Positions 22,871-35,398 of a DNA stretch of 64,000 bases are shown here, piece after piece (positions within the stretch are counted from its first letter, which is position 1; the number at the start of each line of letters is the position of its first letter). Where the stretch lies: positions 310,001 to 374,000 of the forward strand of contig OZ037839.1 in the NCBI GenBank assembly GCA_964035575.1, read 5' to 3'. The notes under the pieces were generated by a model. The model searched no databases, was not told the DNA's origin, and was given only the letters and a program-made list of their open reading frames with translations. Source of the DNA: Rhynchopus sp. YZ270_cl-10 (Eukaryota). Both the position numbers and the translations under genes were made by a program.

Positions 22871-25561
22871 CTATTCTGCATCTTCTCTTCTAAAGAGGTA
22901 GATGTAGGCATGCGCAAAGGGAGGGCTTTGCGATTCGCAGACTTTCTCATCGTTGAAGATATGCCATGCACCGTCCTTCTTCACATGCGCCACGTAGTGC
23001 CCGGAGCCTGTGTTCTTCCCGATGTGGCTGATCATTGCGGTCATCTTGTAGCGTGCGGCACCGTCGTCAAGGCTAGCGGCTGCGGCAGTGGTGGAACCTC
23101 CACCACCTCCTCCTCCACCCTCCTCATCCGACCCCGTATCATCTGGGTGAGAGAATAGCCAATCGGCAGCACGCTCCGCGCTTCCTCCAGTGTTTTTCAA
23201 CGCCTTTTTCGCCTGCTTCTCAGTAAATCCAAGAGAAGTAAGCATCATGATTGACTCTGCGCTGAAGGTGGCAGCGCTCTCAGTTGGTGCGGCTGTCTGC
23301 GCCTGAGGGGGGTCCGCAAAGTCGGGGCTCTCCATGTTGGCGAATACCCATTCCATAGCTGCGTCGGCAGATTGGTTCTTTGTCGCAATGCAGGCCTTTT
23401 TACAGCCGTTTACAGGGAAGTCCATTGAGAGAAGCTGTGACATAATTGTCTCGTCGGGGATCACCTCGGCAGGTGGTGCGGAGGTCTCGGGTTCGGCTTC
23501 GGGCATAGCCACCTCGCCTGGCTTGAGCTCGCTGGTGCCGCGGAGAGAGGACAGATCTATCGTCTCAGGGACGTCGACAACGACGTCCAGCTTCTTCGGC
23601 TCCCAGCGCTCCGTGACGTAGTACCGTGGAAGGTAGATGGCAAGCGACTTCGGAAAGGTTTTGATGCGTGTCGACGTCTTCGCGAAGGTCTTTCCTCCAG
23701 AAAGAGGGCTGACGAAGTCTTGGATGAGACCTTTGTGTGGGTGTGTTGTGATTTGAAAGCGGGGTATTAATATTATTGGTGTAGCTGAATGGGGGAAAAA
23801 GTGCGGAAAAAGTGCGAATAACCCCGCCTTCAGCCACACCAAATTTATTGTTCCCGGTAGATATTGTTTTTGGAAGAAAAAAATGCTCGAGAGACTCGCT
23901 TGTTGCTCAAAAGACTATTAACGGGGAGGGGGGGAAAGGTTGTTGTTCGCTTCTGTTTTTAAAAAAAATGAAAGAACCGTACCTTCCTCTGTGAAGCGCT
24001 CGACCAGCGCTGAGAACGGAACACACGGCACGACTGCGGGGGTGTCCTCGCCGTCTGTCTTCTGCCTCTTCTGCTGCGACTCCTCTACTTCTGCCTGGTT
24101 GGTCGCAGCGCTGAGCGGGATCACCATCTTAAGCATATTCCCTGTCGCTTCTGCGTACCGCACTGCACCAGACGCACCGCACTCAACACGCTCCACGGTC
24201 GAATAGGTGAACACATTCTCACTTAACGTCATGGTCTCCCCAAGACGCCCACGACCCGCTGTCTCTGCGCGCGTCAACTGGTCAAGCAAATGCCCAAAGT
24301 ATTCCTGCGCATCCTGCTGTCTCACAGACGAAAACTCTTTGTGCCCTTTGGCAATCAAGCTCTTGAACATCCTCGGGTGCACCTGAAAGGCAGGGTCGGT
24401 GTCGTCTCCTGGCTTACGGTACGCCCCTTCTGCAAGCGCAGAGGCAACCTTTGCTGTCTGTGCAAGCACGTCTTCTGCAGGGTTGCCACTCGCAGAGGTC
24501 AACAGCGATTCGGCGCCGTCCACATAACGCTTTTTAAGCTCTGGGACGTCAAGGAGAGACTGCAGGACAGACGCCATGTAGCAACTGTTTCCGAGGTTGT
24601 GCAGACCCTGGAACCCTTTGCCGTAGGCGGGGGTGAGGTCTTTGTCACCCTCGGTGATTTTGCTGTAGTCGTGAGAGTTGTTGAGTTCGACGCTGAGCTC
24701 GGTAGTGGTCTTGACTGTCTTCTCCTGCCTCATGATGTCAATACCGAAGTGTGCCAAATGCTCTGCAAGCTTCGGGTCGCAGCAGGACCTATCCTCTGAA
24801 GGGTGGTACGAATACACATCAGCCCCATGCGGTGTGATGGTGCCAAGCTTCACCACAAGGGGGTACCCCGTGGCTTCGAAGTGGGTAATCGCAGTCCCGC
24901 TGCCTCCGGTTCCGTCGAAGTACTTCCTGCCCCCTCCAATGTGCCCGGAGGAGAGGTTCAGCCAAAGGTTCTCGCGCTGGCCGGACTCCTCGCAGACCCA
25001 GCTGGAGGGGTCGCTGGAGATCTGTGGTGGGTTTTCGACCTGAGGGAGGGTTGCGGCGAATTTGCTCTCGGTTGTGGCATCGACGTCTTCCCAGGCTGTG
25101 ACGTCTTCTTTGAAAGCGACGCCGTCGCTGGAGATGACAGCTGTGCATGCGTTTTGGACGAGAGTCGGCAGGTCATCGGAGAGCTCGTGGAAGGTGATGC
25201 CCGTAGGCTCCACGACCGCAAGGCGGTGTGTCTTCACAATGTCGTATGCAGGCCCGCCAGAGAAGCCTCCGTCCACGCCGATGGCCATCTTCGTCGGTGC
25301 CTCCTCTGCCTGCGGGCGCTCCACCTTGGCCCAGCTTTCGTGCAAAAAAAGTGTTTCCTGCGTCTTAGAGGCGTAGGCACCGACGCGGGCACGGCCAAAG
25401 CCGTACCACGTGCTCAGGGAGACGAAGAGCCCGCCCTCGCAGAAAGGGTTCTCGAAGGTGAGCATGCATTCGTCCTTGAAGACCTTGTCGTACTGTGTTG
25501 GTGTCTTGACGGTGCGCATCCCCTTGCGGATCACGGTGAGTGCGTCTTCAGAGATGGGCAT
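22871..25561 (-). CDS. USP5: Ubiquitin C-terminal hydrolase USP5/USP13/Ubp14 (isopeptidase T), 2 exons: 23983-25561, 22871-23730
   Basis: ZnF-UBP region ENLWLNLSSGHIGGGR, Cys box GLHNLGNSCYMASVLQ, QQDAQEY, two UBA domains, His box SHIGKNTGSGHYVAHV; a GT..AG intron at 23731-23982 joins the frames. Confidence 0.93.
23776..23842. mobile_element. Mini-MITE copy inside the USP5 intron
   Basis: ttggtgtagctgaa...ttcagccacaccaa inverted ends; homologous to 21126-21205. Confidence 0.6.
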
Positions 25562-25726
25562 GGTGGCAGAGGTGTGGGAGGGGTGGTGTATGCCTGTGGT
25601 GGTGTGTTTGAGAAGGTGGGTGTTCCCTAGCAGTCGGAATATGGTGCGTGGGGGGTGCTCACGTTACAGCTGATGGCTTTGGGGTTTCAATGGGTGTGGG
25701 TGTGGGTTTTGTGGAAAGCAAAATCC

Positions 25727-26107
25727 TGCGTAGGCGGCGAAGAGCTGAACATTGCAGTGCCGTGATGTGGGATGCAGTGTTGTGGGGACCTAAAAGGAAT
25801 GTGGACGCAGTGTAAAATGTTCATAGCGATCTGTCCTGACACGTTGTTGTCTCCTTTTGCGTTGTTATGGTGACGTTATTCGTTTTGTTTCTTGTTCTGT
25901 TTTCCCTCCCAAATCCATTGTACCAAGCTTCCTCGGGCACGGCCTCGAGTGTCTCGCTATTCAAGCGGTACACTATACGTCCTCAAGGAGATACGTAATC
26001 ATCAAATCACATGCATACGGTGCGAAGAATGATGCAGTGATGAGCAGCATTGTAGTTACATTGTGTTCTTAGTCACCCAGCCCACCCCCCTCAGCTCAGA
26101 AGTCGTA
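25727..26107. repeat. Shared 3' flank of the chimeric gene family (copies also at ~35620-35760, ~45525-45880, ~53030-53440)
   Basis: Blocks such as atcaaa(t/c)caca, gatgagca and cttagtcacccagcccacccc recur downstream of the family stop codons. Confidence 0.85.
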
Positions 26108-26139
26108 CATCTGCAACTGTTCCGACAACAACCGTTGCC

Positions 26140-29100
26140 TCAGTCTTCTTTCACTTCCTCCTGCGTGTCGAGAACATCACGCTTGTACCCTCCTGTGTTC
26201 GTCACATGTGTTCCGGATATTCCATGCGAAGACGCAGTGTCCGACGAAGACGACATCGTTTTGAAAGAACTAAAGGCGCTCTGCGGGTCAGACATAAGTC
26301 TGCTCGACGCAGAACTGGACACTGCGTCGTGGTAGGTAGAAGGAGACACGTCGTGAGGATACAGGTGCTCTGGGCGGTGCTGGTGAGCCGCAGGGCCTAA
26401 TTGTCTGCGACCTGGATGTCTAGGGGGCATCTTGCTTAGGGAGGGCGGTGGGTAGTACTCACCCTCAGGCTCTCGTCGTTGCTGCTGTTCCACGGCCGCA
26501 AATCCGTCCCTGCATAATGAGGAAAGCCTCTCACGCAAGGGTTTCTTTAACTCTGCTCTTCTTGCCCTGACTTCGGCATGTCTGCCACTCAGTGTGTTGG
26601 AGCCTGTTGTCATTACATCTGTTCTGGAAACATCAACAGGTTGTGGCTCTCTTTCTGGATGCTGACGTGACTCTGCCATGTGTTCCCATGTCGCACGCAT
26701 TGAGAGAAGTTTGTTGCGCAAGAGTTCCTTTTCTGCTGAATCTGTGCAATCAGTGAATCGCTGAATTAGTTCCTTCTGCACTTCCTCCTGCATGTCTACA
26801 ACTGCACGCAGTGTGTTGCAGCCTCTTGTGTTCATCACATCTGTTCTGGAAACATCAACATCAACAGGTTGCTGCTCTGCTCCTGCATGCTGACGTGACT
26901 CTGCCATGTGTTCCCATGTCGCACGCATTGAGAGAAGTCTGTTGCGCAAGAGTTCCTTTTCTGCTGAATCTGTGCAATCAGTGAATCGCTGAATCAGTTC
27001 GTTCTGCACTTCCTCCTGCATGTCTGCCACATCTCGCAGTGTGTTGGAGCCTCTTGTGTTTCTCACATCTGTTCTGGAAACATGAAGAGGTTGCTGCTCT
27101 GCTCCTGGATGTTGACGTGACTCTGCCATGTGTTCCCATGTCGCACGCATTGAGAGAAGTTTGTTGCGCAAGAGTTCCTTTTCTGCTGAATCTGTGCAAT
27201 CAGTGAATCGCTGAATCAGTTCGTTCTGCACTTCCTCCTGCAGGTTAACAACTTGGCGCAGAGTGTTGGAGCCTCCTGTGTTCATCATATCTGTTCTGGA
27301 AACATGAAGAGGTTGCTGCTCTTCTCCTGCATGCTGACGTGACTCTGCCATGTGTTCCCATGTCGCACGCATTGAGACAAGTCTGTTGCGCAAGAGTTCC
27401 TTTTCTGCTGAATCTGTGCAATCAGTGAATCGCTGAATTAGTTCCTTCTGCACTTCCTCCTGCATGTCTACAACTGCACGCAGTGTGTTGGAGCTTCTTG
27501 TGTTTCTCACATCTGTTCTGGAAACATCAACATCAACAGGTTGCTGCTCTGCTCCTGCATGCTGACGTGACTCTGCCATGTGTTCCCATGTCGCACGCAT
27601 TGAGAGAAATTGGTTGCGCAAGAGTTCCTTCTCTGCTGAATCTGTGCAATCAGTGAATCGCTGAATCAGTTCTTTCTGCACTTCCTCCTGCATGTTGACA
27701 ACTCGACGAAGTGTGTTGCAGCCTCTTGTGTTTCTCACATCTGTTCTGGAAACATCAACATCAACAGGTTGCTGCTCTTCTCCTGCATGTTGACGTGACT
27801 CTGCCATGTGTTCCCATGTCGCACGCATTGAGAGAAGTTTGTTGCGCAAGAGTTCCTTCTCTGCTGAATCTGTGCAATCAGTGAATCGCTGAATCAGTTC
27901 GTTCTGCACTTCCTCCTGCATGCTGACAACTTGACGAAGTGTGACAACTTCAGCAGCAACAAGTGGAAGCTCCGGTGCGGAAAGGGACTCTGCCATGTGT
28001 TCCCAAGCAGCACGAATTGGTTCAAGTTTCTCGCGCAAGCGCTTCTTTGCTGCTGAATCCATTTGACTCAGTTCGCTGAGTGCTGCTGTGTTTGTCACAT
28101 CTGCCTGGATGTCGGCAACGTCGACATCAACGACGCCACCTGCCTGATCCACTTCCTGCTCCACGCCTACCATAAGATAACGCACAGTCTCCGTGCCTCC
28201 CTCTTCCGCAAGAGTAATCAGACATGTCACGTTCTGTATTTTATGATTTTCTCTGTCCCCTGCAGCAGCTTCAAAGTGCTGTGATAGCTCCTCGATATGT
28301 TCTGTGACACGCAGTTCCGCACCAGCTCCCACCAACAGATTCACAATGTCGCGGTTCTCTCCCATGCATTTACAGACAAGAGGTGAAGGTCCTCTGTCGT
28401 CCCATTTCTCGATGCGTGCACCTGAATCAATGAGCTCCTGCACCTTAGCTGCATATGATTTGGGGTAACGCGCTGCTGCATCGAAACGGATATTGCCATT
28501 GCCCTGTATATGCAGCCGTGCACCCGCTTTTAGCAACATCCTCACGATATGGACCTCACCCGCCCGACAAGCCATCATCAGAGGCGAACAGACCAACTCG
28601 CTCTTTGCTTCCACGTCTGCACCTGCATCAATAAGCATCTGCACCACAGCATCATCTTTGCTGGCCACTGCGTGGTGCAACGCAGTCCAGTGCTGAGCAT
28701 CAACGAGGTCCACACCCACCTCTGGCATGCACAGAAGGCTTTTCACAAGCCTCGTGAATCCACAAGAAGACGCAATCATGAGACATGTCCTGCCATCTGG
28801 GTCTCTTGCACCCACATCCACACCTGCTCGAACCAGTACCTTCACAGCATCATTCGCGTCTGACTCGCAACCCGACAGCAGAGGCGAATACTTCTGGACA
28901 TCCTTTTTCTCAATGTCTGCCCCTGCATCAATGAGCACCTGCACCATATCTGCACGATTTCTACCAACTGCCTTGTGCAATGGTGTGTTGCATGTCCGGT
29001 CCCCACTTACCTGATCCACATCCACCTGCGCCAAGACCACAAGATAGCGCACAGTCTCCGTGTGTTCCCAACGCAAAGCAGTGATAAGACATGTGTCGCC

Positions 29101-29616
29101 GATGCGGTCTGTGACACGCAAGTCTGCACCAGCTTGCACCAACATCTTCACAATGTCGAGGTACCCTTTATTGCACGCAAGGATAAGAGGCGTATGTCCT
29201 TGGCTGTTCTTTTTCTGGATGTCTGCCCCTGCATCAATGAGCACCTGCACCACGTCTGCCTGGTTATAACGAACTGCCTCGTACAACGCCATGTTCCAGT
29301 AGTTACCTACCTGATCCACATCCACCTGCCCCAAGCCCACAATATAGCGCACAGTCTCCGTGTGTCCCCCACGCGAGGCAGCGATAAGACATGTGACACG
29401 CAGTTCCGCACCAGCTTGCATCAACACCTTGACAACGTCTAGGCACCCTCTGACGCACGCAAGGATAAGAGGCGTACGTCCTTCAGCGTCCTTTTCCTCG
29501 ATGTCTGCCCCTGCATCAATGAGCACCTGCACCACATCTGCACGTCCTTCCTCCACTGCCTCATGCAACGTTTTGTTGTTGTGGCTGCCTGAGTCTCGCC
29601 CATGTTTGTTTCCCAT
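26140..29616 (-). CDS. Chimeric family gene A: ankyrin array + 6 x 76-aa helical repeats + Pro/His/Ser tail (1158 aa)
   Basis: Ankyrin consensus GRTPLILAC..GCLDVVKVL, LIDAGADIE; six RFTDCTDSAEKELLRN repeats; intact ORF; N-terminal MG. Confidence 0.85.
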   Translation of the reverse strand: MGNKHGRDSGSHNNKTLHEAVEEGRADVVQVLIDAGADIEEKDAEGRTPLILACVRGCLDVVKVLMQAGAELRVTCLIAASRGGHTETVRYIVGLGQVDVDQVGNYWNMALYEAVRYNQADVVQVLIDAGADIQKKNSQGHTPLILACNKGYLDIVKMLVQAGADLRVTDRIGDTCLITALRWEHTETVRYLVVLAQVDVDQVSGDRTCNTPLHKAVGRNRADMVQVLIDAGADIEKKDVQKYSPLLSGCESDANDAVKVLVRAGVDVGARDPDGRTCLMIASSCGFTRLVKSLLCMPEVGVDLVDAQHWTALHHAVASKDDAVVQMLIDAGADVEAKSELVCSPLMMACRAGEVHIVRMLLKAGARLHIQGNGNIRFDAAARYPKSYAAKVQELIDSGARIEKWDDRGPSPLVCKCMGENRDIVNLLVGAGAELRVTEHIEELSQHFEAAAGDRENHKIQNVTCLITLAEEGGTETVRYLMVGVEQEVDQAGGVVDVDVADIQADVTNTAALSELSQMDSAAKKRLREKLEPIRAAWEHMAESLSAPELPLVAAEVVTLRQVVSMQEEVQNELIQRFTDCTDSAEKELLRNKLLSMRATWEHMAESRQHAGEEQQPVDVDVSRTDVRNTRGCNTLRRVVNMQEEVQKELIQRFTDCTDSAEKELLRNQFLSMRATWEHMAESRQHAGAEQQPVDVDVSRTDVRNTRSSNTLRAVVDMQEEVQKELIQRFTDCTDSAEKELLRNRLVSMRATWEHMAESRQHAGEEQQPLHVSRTDMMNTGGSNTLRQVVNLQEEVQNELIQRFTDCTDSAEKELLRNKLLSMRATWEHMAESRQHPGAEQQPLHVSRTDVRNTRGSNTLRDVADMQEEVQNELIQRFTDCTDSAEKELLRNRLLSMRATWEHMAESRQHAGAEQQPVDVDVSRTDVMNTRGCNTLRAVVDMQEEVQKELIQRFTDCTDSAEKELLRNKLLSMRATWEHMAESRQHPEREPQPVDVSRTDVMTTGSNTLSGRHAEVRARRAELKKPLRERLSSLCRDGFAAVEQQQRREPEGEYYPPPSLSKMPPRHPGRRQLGPAAHQHRPEHLYPHDVSPSTYHDAVSSSASSRLMSDPQSAFSSFKTMSSSSDTASSHGISGTHVTNTGGYKRDVLDTQEEVKED
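26630..27940 (-). repeat. Tandem array of the ~228-nt coding repeat (6 units)
   Basis: Recurring ctgaatctgtgcaatcagtgaatcgctgaat core with 222-228-nt period. Confidence 0.95.
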
Positions 29617-29708
29617 GTGTGTCGTTGCTGTGTCTTATGTTTTGTGTCTGTGAGTGGTGGAGTGACGTTACTCTTTGTGAAGAGGTGTATGGACAGAGGA
29701 GAGGATAC

Positions 29709-32700
29709 GCACCCGGCATCACGCAGTATGGCTTCAGCACTGTGCCACTGCAGTGAAGGACGCCTCCAAATGGGATATGCGTTCTTCGGGTTATTTCATG
29801 AGTCTTTACCCAGGATGGGTGCCATCAGTGAACAGTAAACAGTAAACGAATAAATAGAGAAAGGGTGGGGGTATTTCACTTTGTTTAATAGTTGACTCTA
29901 GATATGAACGGGGTGGGGTGTGCATGGGTAGGGAGGTTGAGGGAAGACCAAGAGATGTGCACTGTTTTCAAGCGCACAGTGCGACAATTTCACGGGGGAG
30001 GGTCTCGCTACTCGAACTGTTTTATTTCTTACTATTTGGTTTTGGTTGAGACACACCAAAAGGCGTCGGTTCTGTGGAATCACTGAACCACCATATCCTA
30101 TATCACATCATTGATTCTTCTTTCCCTGCGTTGACTGCAGGAAAGTTCGAGTCGCGACCAGGTGATTGTGAAAAAAAAAATTAAAAAGCAGAGAGTTTCA
30201 AAAGGAAAAACAGCAAAAAAAAAACGTTGACAACTTGTGTGTGAAAAAATAAAAACTGTTATCTGAGTTAAGCTAGTCTGATAAAGAAAGAAATAGTAAC
30301 TCTGATAGGTAAGTAAAAGGGAAAAAAAGGTTTTTTCGTTGACAATTACCCTGTTGGAGGGGTGATTGGCGACCGTATCTGAGGAACTATTTCTCCTTTA
30401 AGCTACGCTTTAGGTATAAAAATAGTAACTCTGATAGGTAAGTAAAAGGGAAAAAAAGGTTTTTTCGTTGATTGCACCCAAACCGCCACATCACAATCAA
30501 ACTTGTGTGAGCTTTGCTGTGGTCTTGGTCGGTTGTAGATAAGAAGCCTCGACAAAGGTGAGACGAAGGCATGCACTCCCTCCCCCGGGTTACCAAGTGG
30601 AAAAAATGTGTGCCACTTCTTTTTCATGTAGCCACCCGCGTTTCGGGTGACACACCCGAAAAGCGGGTATCGTTACACCCTCTAGTTGCGTCTCCAGTTT
30701 GACTCCAGCTCAGAGGCTGTACCCTTACCCCTCCCGTGTGAGCAAGCAAAACAGGTCACCCCGTGGCAAGCCTTCCTCAAAATAATAAAACCTACATCCT
30801 CGAAACTTTTCTACACAAATGATTTCATTGAACGCATCCCCTACTCCAATTCAATTCAACACAACTGTAGCTTATTCCCTCTCGTTCCCGTACTTAACCT
30901 CGTACTATCAAGAGCACAAAGGCCGAAGGACATAGAGTAAGGAAAGCTTTTAACTACAGGGAGGTGTGCGTCATTTAGCTGCTACTGTGTGCTGTAAGCT
31001 GTATTAAGTTGCCAGAAAAGAATAGGCATAACGGTGTAATATAGGTTGCCAACAGTGCACCACTCGGTCGCACTGAGCACTACAATAAATTAAAAGCAAC
31101 ATCAGTACGCCATCCGACCGCACAGTGGCCCACGTCCCCGAATGGCCACCCAGCCATCGTGTGCAGCGTGGGTGTCGACGGAGGAAAGGGCCACCTCATA
31201 TGTTATTAAAGTCTTAAAGTGCGTCGAAAAAATATTAAATTGCGCTGTAAAGCTGCGGTTATCTTATTGCCAGTAAAGAAAAGGCCTAAGGGTGTAATGT
31301 AGTGTACAACAGTGACCTGCACTGGCAACACTGAGCGTTGATGTGTAATCAAAAATCAAGCCCAGTGTAACAATAAGTTATTTCGATCGCACTTTAAACG
31401 GTGGGTACTACTTCTCATTTCTGAATGGCCACCCAGCTAATTCCACTGGCGTGTCGACAGAAAAAATTTGAGAGGATGTATTCACACCGGAGGTAAGCAC
31501 CTTTTGTCGTTACTCTTGTGTCTGCCTTGGAGGATTTTAATAGGCATGGTCATGACAGTAAGACATGACAAAGCTGCGGGGCGACGTGTGGCACTAAACT
31601 CAACTCGTAACCTTTTCGTTTATCAGACTGCACCTGTTAGTCTTAAGCGCTGCAAACCGTGCTCGAGAAAAGATAGACACAGTTGCAACGTAATGTGAAG
31701 TTGTTGTAGACAACAATGCGCCCGAGGGTCGCAGGTTGCTAGTATAAAGGATAAGGACGACAGTACAGAATAGTCGCTAATATGTGTAAACTTAAGACCT
31801 CACAGGACGACTTCAAGCGGCGAAAGGTGCGCTAAAATAGGAAGAAGTATTGAAAGATGATCCCAAGCCTCACGTGCCTAGTCACATCTAGAAGTAAAAA
31901 TAAAAAATGGAGAAGAATTTCGCTTCAACCATTTTTTTTTTTCTAATTATTTATTTGAAACGCAGAGTTTGTTTTGGCCCCGTCTGTGAGTGTTGGTTGA
32001 ATTGGAGTCGGGGAGCAGAGGTTGGGGAGAAAAGAGAGAGAGGAAACAAATACAAGACTATCGAATTATACACACGAATTCATCCTTCGATTCCAAAAAG
32101 GTCCGATCCTTACAGTTTGTATTATTTCCTAACAACCACTCCGTTACACTGCGTTACGCTGCGTTACACTGCGTTGTTGTCTGCAAAAATAATAAAACCT
32201 ACATCCTCGAAACTTTTCTACACAAATGATTTCATTGAACGCATCCTCCAGGACCCTAAGGACCCTGAGGGACGCTGCGCGAACAAAACATACCCCCCAC
32301 CCGATCGCCGACCTAAACGGCAAGTACACAAACAAAAGATGAACACAGAACAAAAGAGGAATCCTGAACCTTGTAACGACCGCCAAAGGCCAAATACCGC
32401 CAGTGTGAACCTTTATAAGGACCTCCGAAACTACGGGCTCTTGTCCTCACATCTCGGGAAGAGTCCGCCTTTTTCACCACCGGGAGCCGAAGCCCATTTG
32501 GCGTCAACAGGATTCGTAAGTCGTAGTCTCTCCCATCTCCGTAAATCAACCCTTGCTACGAAAGGCTTCCTATGTACGATGAACAGAGAGCGGGAAAGCT
32601 TCACCACGGAGTTGTGTGCTATGAGCCTGTACTGTATGACGCGTGCTAGTAGGCTACTCCAACAAGACCGGCACGGTGATGAGAGGCAAATAGTAACAGT

Positions 32701-34763
32701 GCACCAAAGGTTGCTACTGTGAATAACTAGGCTATAACAGAGTCACTGAGAGCGACCAGCACGAATAGACACCACTGTGGTCCTCAGCGGTGAGACGTAC
32801 AGCTTGAAACGGTGCGAAGTGCCAGAGAGCGAATTAATAGGCAACATTGGCCACAGTATGTAATGTGTTTTCTTTCCTCTCTTCAAGAAAAGCTCTTTAC
32901 TTATTAAGTTTTGGTTGAGACACATCAATGGTGTCGGGTCTGTGAAGTCACTGAACTATCCAAATATTGAATTATATCGTTAATTATTCGTACCCTGCGT
33001 TGACCTGACTGCAGGGGAGTTCGCGAACTATCACGACCAGGAATTTTTAAAAAAGATGAAAGCAGAGAGTTAAGAGGGGAAGAATAGCAAAAAACGATGT
33101 AGGAAAAGGTTTTACCTGACCATCACCTGTACCTGGGTTCTCCTGCGTCAGTTTACTCTTTCACAGAACCAAGCAGTGAGACGTAACTAGCGAACGGTGC
33201 TCCCTCTTGACATGGACATGCCACCCCGGTATCACTGTAAAGGAACCGGCCGTAAATGAGAGATAAATGTGCATCCGCAGCTTCGCCATAATTGTGCACT
33301 AAATAGGTAGCAACAGTGCGCGTTGGAGACGGGTCCACCCAATAGCACAGTTCCACTCATGGAAAATAAAACTGCACTTCTACGTACAGCGTTGCATTTG
33401 TCTCTGAGCTAGCGGTGACCTGCATATTCCCAAACTCGTGTCACACTGCTTTACCCTATTTCGCTCTTATTGTCCAGAATCACTGTTCTTGCTGTAACGA
33501 CCATTCCCCCACTCAGAGAGGTCGGCCCGACGATCCAGTGCACGAGACCACAGGCTAGAGGCTCTGGGCCCGATAGGCTAGAGAAATCGTAGACGTCGGT
33601 AAATATGTAGTAAGGCTCGGAGGGGTCGCGACGCTTCTCCTGTGGTGGGGAGTGGTTAGAGTAATAAGGGAATAAAACGCATCAGAGAGTAGTGAACTGT
33701 ATGTAAAATAGTCTGGAACAGCGCGCTCACCGGCCGCCAACGTGGGATACAAAAGACGCCATGATAGGGGACCACATGTGAAACAAGTACAATACAATGA
33801 TTGAAGGCACTCAAGTCACCCTTACGCATGTCACTAGCGTCCGACAATGAGGAGGCCTTTGAACTGTAAAAATATTAAATATGATGATATGAACTAAAGT
33901 CTCTTCTGTTAAAATGACATTGATATAATATAAGGAGGGAACCATGTGTCATTATCGCAACTCTGCGACACTACCGCGAGCTCGCACGCATCACTGAAAC
34001 AGATACGGTTGCACAGCATGCCACCGCTGAACAGATGAATACATGAGAGCTGCGGCAGCATAAAGTACAGATCGGTTCTGCCCTCGGACTGTAAAAAAGG
34101 TGTTGGTAACCTGAAGGTATCTGGTGTCCTGCTCCTGAGACGCTTCAACCCAGATGGGGGTGAAAAGCAACGTCGTTACGCCGCAGATTTTGTACTGAGT
34201 CCGCACATCATTAGGTGTATCGGGGAACCCCTGAGAGGTACACATCACGGTGGTGGGCAGTACTGAGGCGGCCTGGTCTGCACACCCCAACAAAAACGAT
34301 CACCATCTCGTTCCCGAATAAACGTTGCAAGCAATGCGTACAAAAGAACCGTTGTGAAGAGCACAGAAAGTCCTCAACCCCATAGACGCTAAACGTGCCG
34401 TAGACAAGCCAGTCCAAAACGGAGAAGCCTCCACTGAAGCACCACGCAGGACACGTACAGAACGGCCTCGTGCTATGCTACGATACAGAGGCCAGGATGG
34501 CTGGAAACATAAAGATCGTCTTCGCCACCGTCAGGGTTAGACACAGTTCCTCAAAACACAGATAAGTGCTCGACGCGCGCTTGCGTCGAACCCGATGAGA
34601 CGTTCAATGATCAGAGCTAAACGCCTGGGACGGGGACCACTAAGACTTCCCCAGAGCCGTTCATCGATGGCTAGCTCGTTGATTTGTCTGGGCGAAGAAA
34701 ACGATGCCGACTACCCCGAGAACCCTCCATCTGGAAACACGACAAGCAGCGAAGGCCGTATCT
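29709..34763. other. ~5-kb non-coding intervening block with internal duplications
   Basis: Homology to paralog upstream regions stops at ~29708 and the USP5 copy is cut at 34764. Exact internal repeats at 30291/30420 (~50 bp) and 30778/32185 (~60 bp), a degenerate repeat at 30039/32908, and no convincing ORF. Confidence 0.6.
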
Positions 34764-35398
34764 CTGCCCCCTCCAATGTGCCCGGAGGAGAGGTTCAGCC
34801 AAAGGTTCTCGCGCTGGCCGGACTCCTCGCAGACCCAGCTGGAGGGGTCGCTGGAGATCTGTGGTGGGTTTTCGACCTGAGGGAGGGTTGCGGCGAATTT
34901 GCTCTCGGTTGTGGCGTCGACGTCTTCCCAGGCTGTGACGTCTTCTTTGAAAGCGACGCCGTCGCTAGAGATGACAGCTGTGCATGCGTTTTGGACGAGA
35001 GTCGGCAGGTCATCGGAGAGCTCGTGGAAGGTGATGCCCGTAGGTTCCACGACCGCAAGGCGGTGTGTCTTCACAATGTCGTATGCAGGCCCGCCAGAGA
35101 AGCCTCCGTCCACGCCGATGGCCATCTTCGTCGGTGCCTCCTCTGCCTGCGGGCGCTCCACCTTGGCCCAGCTTTCGTGCAAAAAAAGTGTTTCCTGCGT
35201 CTTAGAGGCGTAGGCACCGACGCGGGCACGGCCAAAGCCGTACCACGTGCTCAGGGAGACGAAGAGCCCGCCCTCGCAGAAAGGGTTCTCGAAGGTGAGC
35301 ATGCATTCGTCCTTGAAGACCTTGTCGTACTGTGTTGGTGTCTTGACGGTGCGCATCCCCTTGCGGATCACGGACAGTGCATCTTCAGAGATGGGCAT
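34764..35398 (-). pseudogene. Truncated near-identical 5' copy of USP5 (first ~212 codons)
   Basis: Matches 24927-25561 almost exactly, plus the upstream flank; breaks after SGHIGGG inside the ZnF-UBP region. Confidence 0.9.

Noticed and set aside
31907..32722. 271-aa plus-strand ORF
   Set aside because: No recognisable motif, crosses an exact non-coding duplication, and lies opposite to the gene cluster
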